A stretch of DNA of 64,000 nt, taken from assembly GCA_951406725.2 (NCBI GenBank), contig OX597817.1, positions 162,006,001 through 162,070,000 on the forward strand, in the 5' to 3' direction. Made by a program: the position numbers and the translations under genes. Below the pieces are notes generated by a model. That model was given only the letters and a program-made list of their open reading frames with translations, had not been told where the DNA came from and did not search any database. Source of the stretch: Octopus vulgaris. Lineage: Eukaryota. Positions within the stretch are counted from its first letter, which is position 1, and each line of letters begins with the position of its first letter. Positions 1 to 12,768 of this stretch are shown here, one piece after another.

Positions 1-470
1 GATTTGTTTTCAAATGATTTTTTGTCCATTCTTCAGCTAAAACAATCTCCAGTTCTTGTAGTGATGATGGTGGAGGATATCGATTCCTCACTAGTTTTTC
101 TAAAATGCACCATAAATGTTCAATAATATTGAGATCTGGGGACTGTGGTGGCCAGATAAGATGTTCAACTTCACTTGAATGTTCCTCGTGCCATTCAGTA
201 ACAACTTTAGCCGTGTGAATTGGTGCCTTATCATCCTGAAAGATTGCGTTTCCCTCCGGCAACAGTTCCGCAACCGTAGGGTGAATTTGATCAGATAAAA
301 TGCTTAAATAGTCTTGACTAATCATTCTGTCACGAAGGGAAACCATTGGGCGGCGGATTTTCAAGATATAGCCCCCACCCCCAGATCATCATGAATCCTC
401 CTCCATTTTAAACAGCTAGAAGAAAACAGTCTGGGTCAATTTTTGGCTGTCTCCACACGTATCTTAATGG
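1..470 (-). mobile_element. Tc1-like DDE transposase remnant (C-terminal catalytic region), truncated by the window edge
   Basis: Minus-strand translation reads ...ILSDQIHPTVAELLPEGNAIFQDDKAPIHTAKVVTEWHEEHSSEVEHLIWPPQSPDLNIIEHLWCILEKLVRNR..., containing the Tc1 motifs FQ(D/Q)DNAPxH and WPPQSPDLNxIEHLW; degraded further upstream. Confidence 0.9.
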
Positions 471-735
471 TTCAGTGGAAAAGACCGATAGAATAAGTAC
501 CAGGCTTTAAAAAATAACCCCTAAAGCTGATTTGTTTCACTAAAACCCTTCAAGGCGGTGCCCCAGCATGGCTGCTGTCAAAAATGAAAGAAAGAAGTAA
601 AAGAAAAGAATAAAAGCTAAACTATACATGTCTAAAAATCAGTTAAGATATAGAACAGTTTTTATATTACAGGCGCGTGCGCAAAGCAATGTCCAGGGAC
701 CCATTAACTACAGCATACATAAATTAGCATTAGAG

Positions 736-900
736 CAGGAGTTCTCGACCATTTTTACCTATGGACCCCTTTGATTCAATGCTTACTAGTTTTATAGAAA
801 TTTGTTTCAAAATTCCTATATTGCTTTTCACACATAAATTATGTGAAATGTTAGCGTAAGAAACCTGTTTCAAGCATTACATACCAATATATACATACTT
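736..900. mobile_element. hAT-like MITE fragment (same family as 48016-48368 and 60453-61216)
   Basis: Begins CAGGAGTTCTCGACCATTTTT...ATGGACCCCTTTGATT, matching the terminus of the other copies; second end not seen. Confidence 0.55.
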
Positions 901-910
901 TTTAATTTCT

Positions 911-1671
911 TATTTCTTTATTGCCCACAAGGGTCTAAACACAGAGAAGACAAAGAGGGATAGACAAACGGATTAAGTCGATTATATCGAACCCAGTGCA
1001 TAACTGGTACTTATTTAATCGACCCCGAAAGGATGAAAGGCAAAGACGACCTCGGCGGAATTTGAACTCAGAACGTAGCGGCAGACGAAATACCTATTTC
1101 TTTACTATCCACAAGGGTCTAAACACAGAGAGGACAAACAAGGACAGACAAACGGATTAAGTCGATTGCATCGACCCCAATGCGTAACTGGTACTTATTT
1201 AATCGACCCCCGAAAGGATGAAAGGCAAAGACGACCTCGGCGGAATTTGAACTCAGAACGTAGCGGCAGACGAAATACCTATTTCTTTACTATCCACAAG
1301 GGTCTAAACACAGAGAGGACAAACAAGGACAGACAAACGGATTAAGTCGATTACATCGACCCCTTTTAATCGATCCCCGAAAGGATGAAAGGCAAAGACG
1401 ACCTCAGCGGAATTTGAACTCAGAACGTAGCGGCAGACGAAATACCTATTTCTTTACTATCCACGAGGGGCTAAACACAGAGAGGACAAACAAGGACAGA
1501 CAAACGGATTAAGTCGATTACATCGACCCCAGTGCGTAACTGGTACTTATTTAATCGACCCCCGAAAGGATGAAAGGCAAAGACGACCTCGGCGGAATTT
1601 GAACTCAGAACGTAACGGCAGCCGAAATAACACTAATCATTTCGCCCGGCGTGCTAACGATTCTGCCAGCT
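911..1671 (-). mobile_element. SINE family B, head-to-tail array of 4 units (one with head, three head-less)
   Basis: Repeated reverse-complement copies of GGTATTTCGTCTGCCGCTACGTTCTGAGTTCAAATTCCGCCGAGGTCG.CTTTGCCTTTCATCCTTTCGGGGTCGAT...GTAAAGAAATA; box-B-like GAGTTCAAATTCC. Confidence 0.9.
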
Positions 1672-1789
1672 CCCCCACCCCGCCACCATATATAAAAGCG
1701 TCACCCCGGGTGGAACGCCACTCGCCTCGCCGCCATCTAGCTGTGCTACCATTGTGATCGCATGTCTGTTCGATCATTGCTAAATTAGA

Positions 1790-2156
1790 GTTAAACAACA
1801 ACAACAACAACAACAACAGGAACAACAACAACGACGTCATGTCGGTATTCTTACGTCTAGACTGTGGTGTTGATGATTCAGTAGAAATCGATTATTATGC
1901 TTGATCCTGAAGTTAGTAGTAGGATGTATTAGGCAGTCTGCTACTAGTTAAAGTGCATGCGTGTGTCTTTTAGTCTTTCCACGTTCCTTCCTTAACCATA
2001 CGAAAAAGAGGTGAGCAGCAACGGAGAGCGGTGGTGCGCCAGATTAAAATGTATGGCGGCGGGTATTTAGTTACGTCGTCTCCGCTGTCGACGTCGTCAC
2101 CGCTGTCGACGCCGTTGCTGCTGTTGATGCTGATGGCGTTGTTGATGACGCCGCTG

Positions 2157-2195
<39 letters not shown>

Positions 2196-2600
2196 GTGTT
2201 TGTGCTGCAGTTGTTTTTGTTATTCTTGTTGTTACTGTGGTTGCTGGTGATAGTGGTTCTCGTTGCTGTTGTTGTAGTCATTGCTTTTGTAACTGCTTTC
2301 GTTGGCATCCTTGTTGTTGTTGTTCAGGTTGTTGTTGTTGGTGTTGTTGCTACTGCTGTTCCTGTAGCTATTGCTGCTGCTGCTGCTGTTGTTGTTGTTG
2401 TTAAGCAACAAGACGGGTATGGGTGATTAGGTGATGGTCTAGGGTTTAGGGGCGGGAGACCCCAGACCTTGGAAAAAAAAAAAACTTTGGTCGTCTTGTT
2501 GTAATTGAGGGCTCTTCGTTGACCCCCAACACCACTGGGGAGGTGACCCTCGAAGTCGCTGGAAATGCTGCTGTTGTTGTTGTTGTTGTTGTTGTTTCTT
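1790..2600. repeat. Low-complexity (GTT/GCT)n trinucleotide region
   Basis: Runs of GTT/GCT; ORFs here are homopolymeric amino-acid runs with no recognisable domain. Confidence 0.8.
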
Positions 2601-2826
2601 TGAATGAATAGACCTATAATCAAATATTTTCCAGCCTTGCCGAGCCCGATTATAATTCTGGTAAAGTATCCAGAACTATGCTATCCAATATGTCCTTCAA
2701 ATTTGAAGATGATTAGGTACGATTTGTGGGAGATTTAACAGCCATTTTTAGCAACTCGTGCGACCATTCGTTTCTTTGTATTTTGTTACGTTTGCCCGTT
2801 CTCTGTACTAAAATCCAAATTAATCA

Positions 2827-3204
2827 TGGCTATATTTAACTTTGGTAAGGCGGCGAGCTGGCAGAAACGCTAGCATGCCGGGCGAAATGCTTAGCGTATT
2901 TCATCTGCCGCTACGTTCTGAGTTCAAATTCCGCCGAGGTCGACTTTGCCTTTCATCCTTTCGACGACTTAATCCGTTTGTCTGTCCTTGTTTGTCCTCT
3001 CTATGTTTAGCCCTTTGTGGGTAGTAAAGAAATAGAAATAGGTATTTCGTCTGTTTTTATGTTCTGAGTTCAAATTCCACCGAGATCGACTTTGCCTTTC
3101 ATCATTTATGGGTCGATAAATTAAGTACTAGTTGCATACTGAGGTCGATCTAATCGATTGGCACCCACCCCAAAAATTTAGGGCCTTATGCCTAGAGTAA
3201 AAGG
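2827..3204 (+). mobile_element. SINE family B (dimeric)
   Basis: AAGGCGGCGAGCTGGCAGAAACG head, tail ...AAAGAAATAGAAATA, then restart at GGTATTTCGTC. Confidence 0.85.
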
Positions 3205-3411
3205 GTAAAGACCCCCTTCGGTCAGGCACTGACCATGGGTTTGCACCTAGAGAGATACCCTCTGAGGCACAAGTCTGGGCAAGGTTGTTTTATGGAAGAC
3301 CAGCAGTCGCCCATGCATACCGGCCTCCCCTCTCCACGTCACCGATGTTGTCCAGGGGAAAGGCAAGGGCCGATACAGCTTGGCACCTGTGACGTCGCAA
3401 CTCATTTCTAC
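3205..3411 (-). mobile_element. 5'-truncated retroposon (SINE/LINE 3' end) with target-site duplication
   Basis: Flanked by ATGCCTAGAGTA(G)AAAAG direct repeats at about 3188 and 3412; interrupts a SINE-B tail. Confidence 0.6.
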
Positions 3412-3811
3412 ATGCCTAGAGTAGAAAAGTATATTTAACTTTGGTAGCCCTCATTTTATTACTGGTACCAGTGGTGGACCTTCCTGTCGTAGACGAAAGA
3501 TGAGGGCTCTGCAACTTCTTTTGAACAATCTGCACAAATGATTTTGCTTGTAATGATCAAATCTATTGTGCTGTACATTATCTCACTTCCTCCATCAAAT
3601 CGGCGTTGCCTAAACAGATGCACAGTGTACCACGTGTCAATGTGATCGCAGAGCATGAAATGAAGAATTTTGCTCAAGAACACAACAAACCGTCAGGAAT
3701 CGGTCCGGGAATCGAAACCGCAATCTTGCGATCCTAAATGCAACAACACCCTAACCACTAGGCCACGTGCCTTCACGCTGACACCGATAATATTCCTTCT
3801 AATTTTGAAAC

Positions 3812-3882
3812 GGGCATATGGAGTAGTGGTTAGGAGCGTGGACTACTAACCCCAAGATTCCGAGTTCGATTCCAGGCGGTGA

Positions 3883-3916
<34 letters not shown>
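3812..3916 (+). pseudogene. tRNA-derived short retrocopy with (AAT)n tail
   Basis: Box-A-like TGGAGTAGTGGTTAG, box-B-like GAGTTCGATTCC, anticodon-loop-like CTACTAA, then an (AAT)n tail; stems imperfect. Confidence 0.55.
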
Positions 3917-3919
<3 letters not shown>

Positions 3920-5372
3920 ATTGAAACTATAGACCACCTAATCTCAGAGTGTAGAGTCTTAGCACCTGTAGAATATAAAGTAAGACACGACAGAGTCGGC
4001 CAGTATTTTCACTGGACAATATGTCGGCATCATAAAATCAAAACCACTGACAAATGTTATAAACACCATCCTGAAGCTGCGATTAAGGGATCAACAATTT
4101 CGAGGAGAAGGGGCAGTCGATTACTTCGAGCTCAGAGCACGATCGACACTTTAATTTATCGACCCCGAGAGGATGAAAGGCAAAGTCAACCACGGCAGAA
4201 TTTGAAATCAGAACGTAAAAAGCCGGAAGAAACATTTAGCCTGCCTTACTGATACCAGTTATATTCTGGGATTCAATTGTCGCAGAGGGTGTACAAATAT
4301 GCGGCTCTTTGAGACAAATATGGGAATCGATCATAGAAAGAGAGCAGCAAGATAACAGGGCTAACAAACTGCCGGATTAAATGCCCGATCGAGCCATCCT
4401 TCTGTGTTTTGAGCTCAGACGTTGCGCAGTCGACTTTTGCCCTTTTTTCCCCCATTTTTTTTCAAGTTTCAATAAAAATAAATAGCCACCATTCCAACGC
4501 AAATGGTCGATCCAATCGTCTTCATTCCTCCTATTCAAAAATATCTGGTCTTTTCTCAGGGTTAAGTCGGAAACTGCAATTTAGATAATGAATAAAGAAA
4601 ATAAAATGGTCGAGAGACAGACAGGAACTCACAGTTTCTCACGGCTACAGACCTTATTACACTTCGGCCACTTGACCGCTACACTCATTCCTTTCTTACA
4701 TAACCTCATACATTTAAAGCAGCTCTCCTCCTTCTCCTCCTCCCCTCTTCTTCTTCTTCTTCTTCTTCTTCTTCTTCTTCTTCTTCTTCTTCTTCTTCTT
4801 CTTCACTCTTCTCCCTCTTTTTCTTCTTTTATTTCTACTTCACTCTTCTTTATTCTTCTCTTTTCCTTCTTCTTCGCTCTTCTCCCCATTCTTCTTCTAT
4901 TTCCTTCTCCTTCCTCCTCCTCCTCCTCCTCATCATCATCATCATCATCATCATCGTCCTCATCATCATCTCTTCCCCCTTTTTTTCTTTTTCCTTCTTG
5001 TTTTCCTTTTTCCCTTCTTAACGAAATCATTTGTCTAAGAGCGACATCTGTACAAGCCATCAGCGATAACCTTTGACCTTTGATTGGTTCTAATCTTATT
5101 AAGAATTACAATCACACAGATATCCCGTTTATCAGTAACGAGACAGGATAATCGATAATGCAAGGTTTTAATACAAGTAAGGGCCAACCAAAGATAATAC
5201 CACTGATACGTTGGTCAATTAGAGATAATAGTTCTCTAGCAGTAATGAGAGTTAATTAACTCCCACTGCAATAGTGTAATATTTTAGTAAACCTCCACTA
5301 CAATGGTATTTTAAAATAGTTAATTCTTGCTTCTGTGGTATAATATTTAGTCAACACACTATTTATTGCTAG

Positions 5373-6936
5373 TATGCTTAGCGGCATTTCGTCTGTCTTT
5401 AGGTTCTGAGTTCAAATTCCACCGAGGTCGACTTTGCCTTTCATCCTTTCGGGGTCGATAAATTAAGTACCCGTTACGCACTGGGGTCGATGTAATCGAC
5501 TTAATCCGTTTGTCTGTCCTTGTTTGTCCTCTCTGTGTTTAGCCCCTTGTGGGCAGTAAAGAAATAGGTATTTCGTCTGCTGTAACGTTCTGAGTCAAAT
5601 TCCACCGAGGTCGACTTTGCCTTTCATCTTTTCGGGGTCGATAAAATAAGGACCAGTTGAACAGTGGGGTAAATTTAATCGACTTTGACCCCCACCCCTC
5701 CGAACCTGCTGACGTTGCGACAAAAATTTGGTTATTTTGTCAACTTAAGGCAGCGAGCTGGCAGAACTGATAGCACGCCGGACAAGATGCTTAGTGGCAT
5801 TTCGTCTGTCTTTATGCTCTGAGTTCAAATCCCGCCGAGGTCGTCTTTGCCTTTCATCCTTTCGGGGTCGATAAAATAAGAACCAGTTGTGACTTTGAGA
5901 CACCCACCCACCCACGCCCACACCACCCACCCCACTCAGAACCTACTGGCGTTGCGCCAAAATTTGATTATTTGGTTAACTTAAGGCAGCGAGCTGGCAG
6001 AATTGTTAGCACGCCGAACAAAATGCTTAGCGGCATTTCGTCTGTCTTTACGTTCTGAGTTCAAATTCCACCGAGGTTGACTTTGCCTTTCCTCCTTTCG
6101 GGATCGATAAATTAAGTACCAGTTGCGTATTGGAGTCGATCTAATCGACTGCCCCCCAACAAAAAAAATTTTGGGGCCTTGTGTGCCTAGAGCAGAATAG
6201 AATTGTTAACACGGTGGACAAGATGCTTAGTGGCATTTCTTTACGTCTTTACGCCCTGAGTTCAAATTCTGCCGAGGTCAGCTTTGCCTTTCATCCTTAC
6301 GAGATCGATAAAAAAAATTACGAAGCAACTTATTTCCTGGTCCGGAATTGCTGACATTGTGCCAAATTTTGGAAACTAAAAATTTGAATTCATTATTAAA
6401 GCAGTGAAAGGCGGCGAGCTGGCAGAATCGTTAGCACACCGGACGAGATGCTTAGCGGCATTTCGTCTGCCGCTACGTTCTGAGTTCAAATCCCACCGAG
6501 TTCGACTTTGCCTTTCATCCTTTCGGGGTTGATAAATTAAGTACCAGCTATGCACTGGGGGTCGATGTAATCGACTTAATCCTTTTGTCTGTCCTTGTTT
6601 GTCCTATCTGTGTTTAGCCCCTTGTGGGTAGTAAAGAAACAGGTATTTCGTCTGATGCTACGTTCTGAGTTCAAATTCCGCCGAGGTCGACTTTGCCTTT
6701 CATCCTTTCGGGGTCGATAAATTAAGTACCAGTTGAGAACTGGGGTCGATGTAATCGACTTGCCCCTTCCCCAAAAAATTTCAGGCCTTGTGCCTATATT
6801 AGAAAGGATTATTAAGGCAGTGAACTGACAGAACAGTTAACACGCCGGACAAAATGTTTAGCGGTTTTCGTCAGTCTATGTGTTCTGAGCTCAAATTCCA
6901 CCGAGGTCGACTTTGCCTTTCATCCTTTCAGTTGTG
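5373..6936 (+). mobile_element. Cluster of about 8 SINE family B copies or tandem units
   Basis: Repeated GAGTTCAAATTCC(A/G)CCGAGGTCGACTTTGCCTTTCATCCTTTCGGGGTCGATAAA core, all on the same strand. Confidence 0.85.
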
Positions 6937-7320
6937 GAAGCACTCCGTCGGTTACGACGATGAGGGTTCCGGTTGATCCGAATCAACGGAACAGCCTGCT
7001 CGTGAAATTAACGTGCAAGTGGCTGAGCACTCCACAGACACGTGCACCCTTAACGTAGTTCTCGGGGATATTCAGCGTGACACAGAGAGTGACAAGGCCG
7101 GCCCTTTGAAATACAGGTACAACAGAAACAGGAAGTAAGAGTGAGAGAAAGTTGTGATGAAAGAGTACAGCAGGGATCACCACCACCCCCTGCCGGAGCC
7201 TCGTGGAGCTTTTAAGTGTTTTCGCTCAATAAATACTCACAACGCCCGGTCTGGGAATCGAAACCGCGATCCTATGACCGCGAGTCCGCTGCCCTAACCA
7301 CTGGGCCATTTCGCCTCCAC
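6937..7320 (-). mobile_element. SINE family C (tRNA-derived head, tail type 1) inserted into a SINE-B copy
   Basis: Full-length copy with a 13-bp TSD CCTTTCAGTTGTG at 6924-6936 and 7321-7333; head has box A TGGCCCAGTGG and box B GGTTTCGATTCC. Confidence 0.92.
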
Positions 7321-7432
7321 CCTTTCAGTTGTGCACCGGTGTCGATGTAATCGACTTATCTCCTCCCGAGAAATTGCTGTACTTGTGCCAAAATTCGAAA
7401 CCAATTTTTGGTTAACTTCTACAATGATGATA

Positions 7433-7679
7433 CGATACTCTTACTCTCTTTTACTCTTTTACTTGTTTCAGTCATTTGACTGTGGCCATGCTGGTGCATG
7501 GCCTTTAGTCGAGCAAATCGACCCCCAAGACTTATTCTCTGTAAGCCTAGTACTTATTCTATCGGTCTCTTTTGCAGAACCGCTAAGTTACGGGACGTAA
7601 TTACACCAGCATCGGTTGTCAAGCGATGTTGGGGGTGGGGAGAACAAACACAGACACACAAACATATATACACACATAC

Positions 7680-7770
<91 letters not shown>

Positions 7771-7795
7771 CATACATATATATATATATATATAC

Positions 7796-7840
<45 letters not shown>

Positions 7841-7859
7841 TACATACATATATATATAC

Positions 7860-7892
<33 letters not shown>

Positions 7893-7917
7893 CATACATA
7901 CATATATATATACATAC

Positions 7918-7950
<33 letters not shown>

Positions 7951-7971
7951 CATACATACATATATATATAC

Positions 7972-8004
<33 letters not shown>

Positions 8005-8053
8005 CATACATACATATATATATATACATACATACATACATATATATATATAT

Positions 8054-8116
<63 letters not shown>
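7433..8116 (-). mobile_element. SINE family A 3' half with hugely expanded (TA)n/(TACA)n internal microsatellite
   Basis: Reverse-complement tail TACTCTTTTACTTGTTTCAGTCATTTGACTG...; the microsatellite runs from about 7665 to 8116. Confidence 0.85.
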
Positions 8117-8121
<5 letters not shown>

Positions 8122-8475
8122 GCATCCTTTCTGTCTCGGGAGACAATGGAGTTGCGCTTTTTTTTTTTTCTTTTTTTTTTTCCTAGGCCTAGTCCGGCTG
8201 TTATATTTTATTTCCTGTTACATTTCTTGCTGTGGCTGTGTAGTCCTATCCTGGACAAACACTCCCTCTGGCAGGTACTGCAAATGTAGCGAAGACTGTT
8301 CCTGGCTGGTTGTAGTGCCATGGTCTCTTGTTTATGTCTCTTCCTTTCTTTCCATTTCTCCTCTCTCTTTCTGTCACTCCTCTGTATACCCTCTTTTACT
8401 GTACGTCGCCATTCTCCACGGTTGCCGGCGACTGCCTCCCAACCGCTAATGTTGATGTTGCAGGCCTTCATATCT
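8117..8475 (-). mobile_element. RTE-clade (BovB/Expander-like) LINE 3' end
   Basis: ORF 8208-8471 [28 protein letters not shown]...[21 protein letters not shown] matches the RTE ORF C-terminus (WExxAxDRxxWR plus terminal C2H2-like motif), followed by a short 3' UTR. Confidence 0.85.
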
Positions 8476-10248
8476 TTCAGTTTCTGTCTACCATTGAAAA
8501 CATGCAGTTACAAAGCCAGTATCTTAACTATACAGCCATGCTTGTACCTATCATTAACTCTAGTACTAGCCAGATACCTTATGTTATAAACCCCTGTGGG
8601 GTTTGAACTAGGAACGTAAAGAGCTAGTAAAATACGCAAAGTATTCTTCTGACGCTCTGACGATTTTCCTTCAGTTCATTGCTCTTTATAGGTGTAATAT
8701 TGGCTTATTATTTTGGAATAAGGCCAACAATTTCGGGGGAAGGAGTAAGTTGATTACACCGACCGTAGGGTTCAACTGGTACTAATTTTATCGACCCCGA
8801 AAGGATGAAAAGCAAAGTCAACCTCGGCAGAATTTGAACTCAGATCGTAAGGACAGACGAAACGCCGCAAAGAATTTTGGCCCGGCACTCTAAACATTCT
8901 ACCACCACGCCACCTTCATATGGACAGACACAGGGACAGACAAACGGATTAAGTAGATTATATCGACCCCAGTGCGTAACTGGTACTTATTTAATCGACC
9001 CCGAAAGGATGAAAGGCAATGTCGACCTCGGCAGAATTTGAACTCAGAACGTAATGGCAGACGAAATACTGCTAAGCATTTCACCCGGCGTGCCAGCTCG
9101 CCGCCTTATTAATGACTATTCAATACCAGCAAGACCTGGGAGAAGCAGAAAAAGCAGCCTAAAGTCGAGAACACTGTAGAAAAGACGTTGATGGCCTATG
9201 CTCCTCGTGAAGGGAAGGTCTTAAAAAGAAATATTGAATGCAGTCTTTGAACCTGCTGGATGTGGCAATAAACTGTTCACCAAATCACATCCTTGTCTTT
9301 AAAAAGCTATACATTAGCTATACTATGTCTAAAAAGAAAAAAAAAAGAGGAAGAAAAACGAGATCGTCACAGATAGAACGCTTCGCTATCGTTTGTATGA
9401 CGATCAAGCTTGACTTGGAGCTAAACAACAACAAAAATACCTTGCTATATTGATATTTAAACCTGCATATCTACACACGCACCCATTCCGCGTATCCGGG
9501 TGTTTGTAGCGGCATTTTAGTTTAATTTTCACCTGTCTACTGCTAAAACGTTATTATGTTGCTTTAACTTCAAACACATCGCTGTAATATTTAACTTGTG
9601 ATAATACTCGGTGATAGTTAACTAACGATACATTAAAGCAAGATGGCGGATGCATGAAGAGTGAGGGTGAATTTCGATCCATAGACAATATCTCTCTCTA
9701 TAATTTTCGTCTATCTACCGCTAATATGTAATTTTACTTTAACTTCAAACACATCGCTGTACTATTTAACTTGTGATAATAGCCAGTGATAGTTAGCTAA
9801 CGATTTTAACCAATACAAGATTGCGTAAGCTAGGAAGTAAGAGTGAATTCAATCCATATACAATCTCACTATATAGTTAGTTAACGACCACTATAAATGA
9901 CAGAATGGTTAGTTAACTTCCAGCATATTTCTCTGTGGTTAGCTTTATCTTCCATGACAGCGGTATGACATATAAGCAACTCTCACAAAGCAGTGTGATA
10001 TATATATAAAACGTGATGTGGTATTTTGTTTTATAAATTCTTACAAAAGAGTCGTGATATTTTTTATTAACATCCATATCAAAGGCGTAAACTTTTATCA
10101 ATATTTCCAGCAGTGGTGATATATGCCTTTTTCACATTTTTTTTTTTCCAACTTGTTTCATTTATTAGACCGAGGCCATGCTGGGGCACCTCCTTGAAGG
10201 GTTTAGACGAAGAAATTTCTGCGTTTTTTTTCCTCTTTTCTTTCATTT

Positions 10249-10303
<55 letters not shown>

Positions 10304-10621
10304 TCTAGTAATTCGTCCTAATTCGTTGTGTGAATCTGGTAATATCGTTCTTTTGCCAAACTACTATGTTACTAGGAGTTAAACAATCCAACACCAGTTG
10401 TCGAGTAGCGGTGGGGACCAAACACACACACACACACAACACACACACACACATATACACACGCACACATATACGACGGGTTTCCACAAAGATGCCATCT
10501 ACCAAAGTCACTCACAAGACATTGGTTGGTTCGGTGTTATAGTAGAAGAACCGCGCTATTGGACTAAACCCGAAAGCACGTAGTTACAAAGCGAGCTTCG
10601 TAACCACATACCGAGAGAGCA

Positions 10622-10667
<46 letters not shown>

Positions 10668-10668
10668 C

Positions 10669-10735
<67 letters not shown>

Positions 10736-10763
10736 GATAGATAGATAGATAGATAGGTGGATG

Positions 10764-11140
10764 GATTTCTTTATTGGCTATGCAGGGCTGAACACAGAAG
10801 GGACAAAACAAATTAGAGCTTTTCTTTTTGGGAAGAAGGAAAAAAAGGGTGGGGCGAATTCCGATCAAAACGGATCGTGAAAAAAAAAGTGGGGCCGATC
10901 AATAGGGATCGTGTATCACAGAAATGTCAATGTAAAAAGGGAAAACAGATTAGGTTTGTCCGTGGATAGAAAAGCCTACGGAAAAGACCACGGGAACCTT
11001 GGGCAATTGTGTCTGCAAAAGGAAAACACATTACAGTAAGTGGCTCTCTTTTTTCCTTTCGTTTTTTTTTTTTTTATCTTTTGGTTCATAGGATTATGCT
11101 CAAGAGACAGGGAGAGAGAGATTATCCCTTGTTACAACGG
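10764..11140 (-). mobile_element. Probable LINE 3' UTR fragment ending in the same tail as SINE B
   Basis: Minus-strand end TTTGTCCCTTCTGTGTTCAGCCCTGCATAGCCAATAAAGAAAT resembles the SINE-B tail TTTGTCCCCTCTGTGTTTAGCCCCTTGTGGGTAATAAAGAAAT; abuts a (GATA)n tract. Confidence 0.45.
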
Positions 11141-11174
11141 TGAAATATTGGTATCATCTCCCATATCAGTGGTA

Positions 11175-11698
11175 TCTCTCTATATATAAACGGCAGTTTG
11201 TCTGTCTGTGTGTCTGTGTGTCTGTCAGGTTGTACCCTCACCCTGACCACGGCTTTCAACCGATTCTGATGAAACTTGACACACACATTGCCCAATGTCA
11301 TAATCCAAAACTAACGCAGAGAAAATTTTGAAAAGTTCCCCCAGTTCTGAAAAAAATCGATAAATTCGACATGGGGTCGAGAATCTAAGCTTTTTATTTG
11401 CAACGCATTTTCTGTTGTAGTTTTCGCAACTTGCAATCGATTTTCACCAAACTCATAGTGAAGCTTAATGTTACCCTAAGAAACTTAATTCTGACGTTAG
11501 TTTTCCATGCAATACCTTACCATCAGAAAAAATCGATAAAATCATGCCATTTTGGGAAATCGCGTTCAAATTCAAGATAACATATTTTCGACAATATCTT
11601 TCTCAAATTGGCAAGAATTTTTTTTTTAATTCACAGCGAGCATCATGTCTGCTCCAGGGGCCCTTACATACCCGGGCAATGCCGGGCTATGCTGCTAG
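11175..11698 (+). mobile_element. Non-autonomous Helitron (type H1)
   Basis: 5' TC start, 3' hairpin CCCGGGCAATGCCGGG followed by CTAG, inserted between A and T, no TSD. Confidence 0.85.
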
Positions 11699-12050
11699 TT
11701 AGTTTATAAATTCTATCGTGAGTTATCCTGTCGTGGAATATCTCTGTACCATAGAACAGGTACGAAACGGGAGAGAAATTTAATGCCGTTTTCACTGCGT
11801 ATCATTGTTATTATTCGCTTTGCTCTTCAACTCAGGCAAACCGAGTGAAATTATAATCAAACACGTTTCAACGGTAATCATCCCTTTTCTTTTTTCTTTC
11901 AGTCTTTCAGGGACTACATCGTCGAGTATGTTTAACGCCGTCAGCACAAGGGGAAGTAACTATTTCCTTACAATGTGAGGCGGGATTAGAAATTAGAATG
12001 TGAACCAACACTGCTTGTCAGGCGGTGGGGGTGGACATATACAAATACAG

Positions 12051-12087
<37 letters not shown>

Positions 12088-12347
12088 CACACGCGCGCAT
12101 ACACACACACACACACATTTACGCCGAGCTTTCACACAGTTTCCATTTATCAAAGTCACTCAGCTATTGATAGGTCGGTGGGCTACAGTAAAAGACACTC
12201 ACCCAAACTACCGCGCAGTGAGACTGAACCCGAAGCCATTTAGTTACAAAGCGAGCTTCCAAACCACACAGCCACGCCAGGTGTATTCATTAAAGTACAG
12301 GAACTGTATTTGATGACAAACAAAGATTAAGTAAACAATATTAGGGA

Positions 12348-12768
12348 TACTCTTTTACTTGTTCCAGTCATGTGACTGTGGCCATGCTGGAGCACCGCCT
12401 TTAGTCGAACAAATCGACCCCAGGGCTTTGTAAGCCTATTACTTATTCTATCGGTTTCTTTTGCCGAACCGCTAAGTTACGGGGACGTAAACACACCAGC
12501 ATCGGTTGTCAAGCGATGTTGGGGGGGGGGGACAAGCACAAACACACAAACATATACACACACATACATATATATACACACACATATATATATATATATA
12601 TATACGACGCGCTTCTTTCAGTTTCCGTCAACCAAATCCGCTCACAAGGCTTTGGTCGACCCGAGGCTATAGTAGAAGACACTTGCCCAAGGTGCCACGC
12701 AGTGGCACTGAACCCGGAACCCAGTTGTTTCGTAAGCAAGCTACTTACCACACAGCCACTCCTACGCC
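12348..12768 (-). mobile_element. SINE family A, full length (tRNA-like head, CORE-like ACCTTGGGCAAGT motif, internal TA/TG microsatellite)
   Basis: Reverse-complement match to the plus-strand copies at 39499 and 48770. Confidence 0.9.

Noticed and set aside
1970-2623. Poly-Q/N/T coding exon
   Set aside because: Stops in the Q- and N-rich frames and no clear splice framework.
3812-3885. Functional tRNA gene
   Set aside because: Imperfect stems, and an (AAT)n retroposon tail instead of an oligo-T terminator.
6983-7186. Recurrent 67-aa ORF MVVIPAVLFHHN... (4 copies)
   Set aside because: Lies inside SINE C; conservation reflects recent SINE copying, not coding.
7498-8449. Long YI/HT/CV ORFs here and throughout the window
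   Set aside because: Translations of dinucleotide and tetranucleotide microsatellites.
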